This document shows, one piece after another, positions 62,181-64,000 of a stretch of DNA of 64,000 bases. The translations under genes and the position numbers were made by a program. Each line of letters starts with the position of its first letter. The stretch's first letter is position 1. This DNA comes from Hormiphora californensis. Taxonomy: Eukaryota > Animalia > Ctenophora. The notes below the pieces were generated by a model, which searched no databases, was not told where the DNA came from, and saw nothing but the letters and a program-made list of their open reading frames with translations. Location of the stretch: positions 9,858,001 through 9,922,000 of the forward strand of contig CM035351.1 in NCBI GenBank assembly GCA_020137815.1. The letters are read 5' to 3'.

Positions 62181-63227
62181 TGTTATATCATGATTCCTTC
62201 ACATTGACTTCATCATGTACGCGGAGAGATTACATCATGCCTGGGAACCACAGGATGGCTACGATGATATTGGATACCTCGAGGAGTACCTACGTCAAGC
62301 GGAATCGATAAGATGTTTTACCTACCATCTTTGATATGACTACGAGGAGCACCTACGTCAAGCAAGAACGGGAAGATGTTTAACATACGATCTTTGTTAT
62401 GTCTATCGTGATGACAGAGGAAACAAGGCACTGCACTATATAACCGAGATGAAGAACTGGGAAGAGGACCGATCCGCTACTACCACACAGCATCCCTATA
62501 GCGGAACAAAGACCCCTACCTCCCCTGCACCGCCAAGCTATCCTCCTTGACTCTCCCACGGATACCCGATTGTAATAGCAAGATTACCTTCACCTTGCTA
62601 TAACCTGTAGTTGTCTCGTGTACCCTATTCCCTAAACCAGTAAACTTTACTCACCCACACGTCACGGGTCACCACACAACCACCTTAACAAGTGGTCCCG
62701 TATCAGGCTCCACTTGTTAAGGTGGTTGTGTGGTGACGTGTGGGTGAGTAAAGTTTACTGGTTTAGGGAATAGGGTACACGAGACAACTACAGGTTATAG
62801 CAAGGTGAAGGTAATCTTGCTATTACAATCGGGTATCCGTGGGAGAGTCAAGGAGGATAGCTTGGCGGTGCAGGGGAGGTAGGGGTCTTTGTTCCGCTAT
62901 AGGGATGCTGTGTGGTAGTAGCGGATCGGTCCTCTTCCCAGTTCTTCATCTCGGTTATATAGTGCAGTGCCTTGTTTCCTCTGTCATCACGATAGACATA
63001 ACAAAGATCGTATGTTAAACATCTTCCCGTTCTTGCTTGACGTAGGTGCTCCTCGTAGTCATATCAAAGATGGTAGGTAAAACATCTTATCGATTCCGCT
63101 TGACGTAGGTACTCCTCGAGGTATCCAATATCATCGTAGCCATCCTGTGGTTCCCAGGCATGATGTAATCTCTCCGCGTACATGATGAAGTCAATGTGAA
63201 GGAATCATGATATAACATATCCCCCTT
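62181..63227. mobile_element. Inverted pair of LTRs joined by a PBS-like spacer; PPT adjacent to the right copy
   Basis: TGTTATATC...CCTTAACA at 62181-62690 and its reverse complement at 62715-63217. Spacer on the minus strand reads AGTGGAGCCTGATACGGGACCACT. AAGGGGGATA (minus) at 63218-63227. Confidence 0.85.
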
Positions 63228-64000
63228 GTTTATTAAAAGGTAATTACATTGACCTTTGGGCTATGTAATTTCCTTATCAGTGTAAGGTACATATTTTATG
63301 TATTCATTCATACAACGATGATTTTTTATTGGTGACAATGTTTGCCCCTACATTTGTAACCTTTTCGCATATATGCCGATTCGAGGTTGAGAAATGCATT
63401 CATACATGGCAGAGTGAGATTTATTAACAATTATTGATGTAGATTCAAACCAGGGTTTTGGTTGTGACGACATTTTTAACCTGTTGTATACATCGTATGA
63501 GGTTGATAAAATTCACTCATACAAGATGGCAGAGTGAGAAGTTAGGGGTTGGCTTATTCCATATTATAAAAACTTCGTACGAATACTACCATAGTTATAA
63601 CAGCCATGTGCATATTTGTAGGTGCAAATATTTAATATAGTTCCAAGCGAAGATGTTGGAATTTAAGCGTGTGATCCAGTAGTGTATACTGTATGTGATC
63701 GTTTTGTGTTCATAACACTCTTCTTGTCCATCTTCCGAATACGTGAAAATGGTCGAATCCTCAATCCATATCACTAGCCTGCCAATCCATCCCTGGGTGA
63801 TAAACCAGTTTTTCGATCCCTCAGCCGAAAATTAGATGTGTCCAAAGATCGGGGATAACTATTTGGTTCCAATGGGTAGGGTGGGTTATCAATGACAGGA
63901 CGCTAGGGCAACCTTGCAGTAGCGATTTATTCTTTCCTGGAGATCTTGTCCTCTATCTTTCTCCTTTCTTTCTCTTGCCGGTACTTCCTCAGCTCTTCCT

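Overview
Repeat-rich animal genomic DNA. Nearly the whole window is intronic sequence of one host gene, a WDR37 orthologue on the minus strand. I can read seven exons with GT-AG boundaries and matching phases (59090 down to 11447); I did not locate the first and last exons. A 46-nt motif at 47397 matches the ctenophore spliced leader (SL) as I recall it (Pleurobrachia/Hormiphora type), which suggests a ctenophore genome; this needs confirming. The introns are stacked, nested transposon debris: many foldback/MITE palindromes (TA, TAA, 3-, 4-, 8- and 9-bp TSDs), Helitron and Helentron-like elements, LINE fragments (CR1/L2-like and one with RNase H), two Penelope-like families with hammerhead motifs, LTRs and minisatellites. 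Best candidate for a new system: after removing three nested insertions, 24208-34085 reassembles into one CR1-like LINE with an SL-like 5' leader, an ORF1 made of an AlkB-type 2OG-Fe(II) dioxygenase plus SGNH esterase, and a normal APE-RT ORF2. SL-like sequence also heads two other LINE-type ORFs (47397, 41765). A further oddity is an LTR-PBS-inverted LTR palindrome at 62181-63227 that looks like a reverse-transcription snap-back product. All calls come from manual reading; no searches were run.
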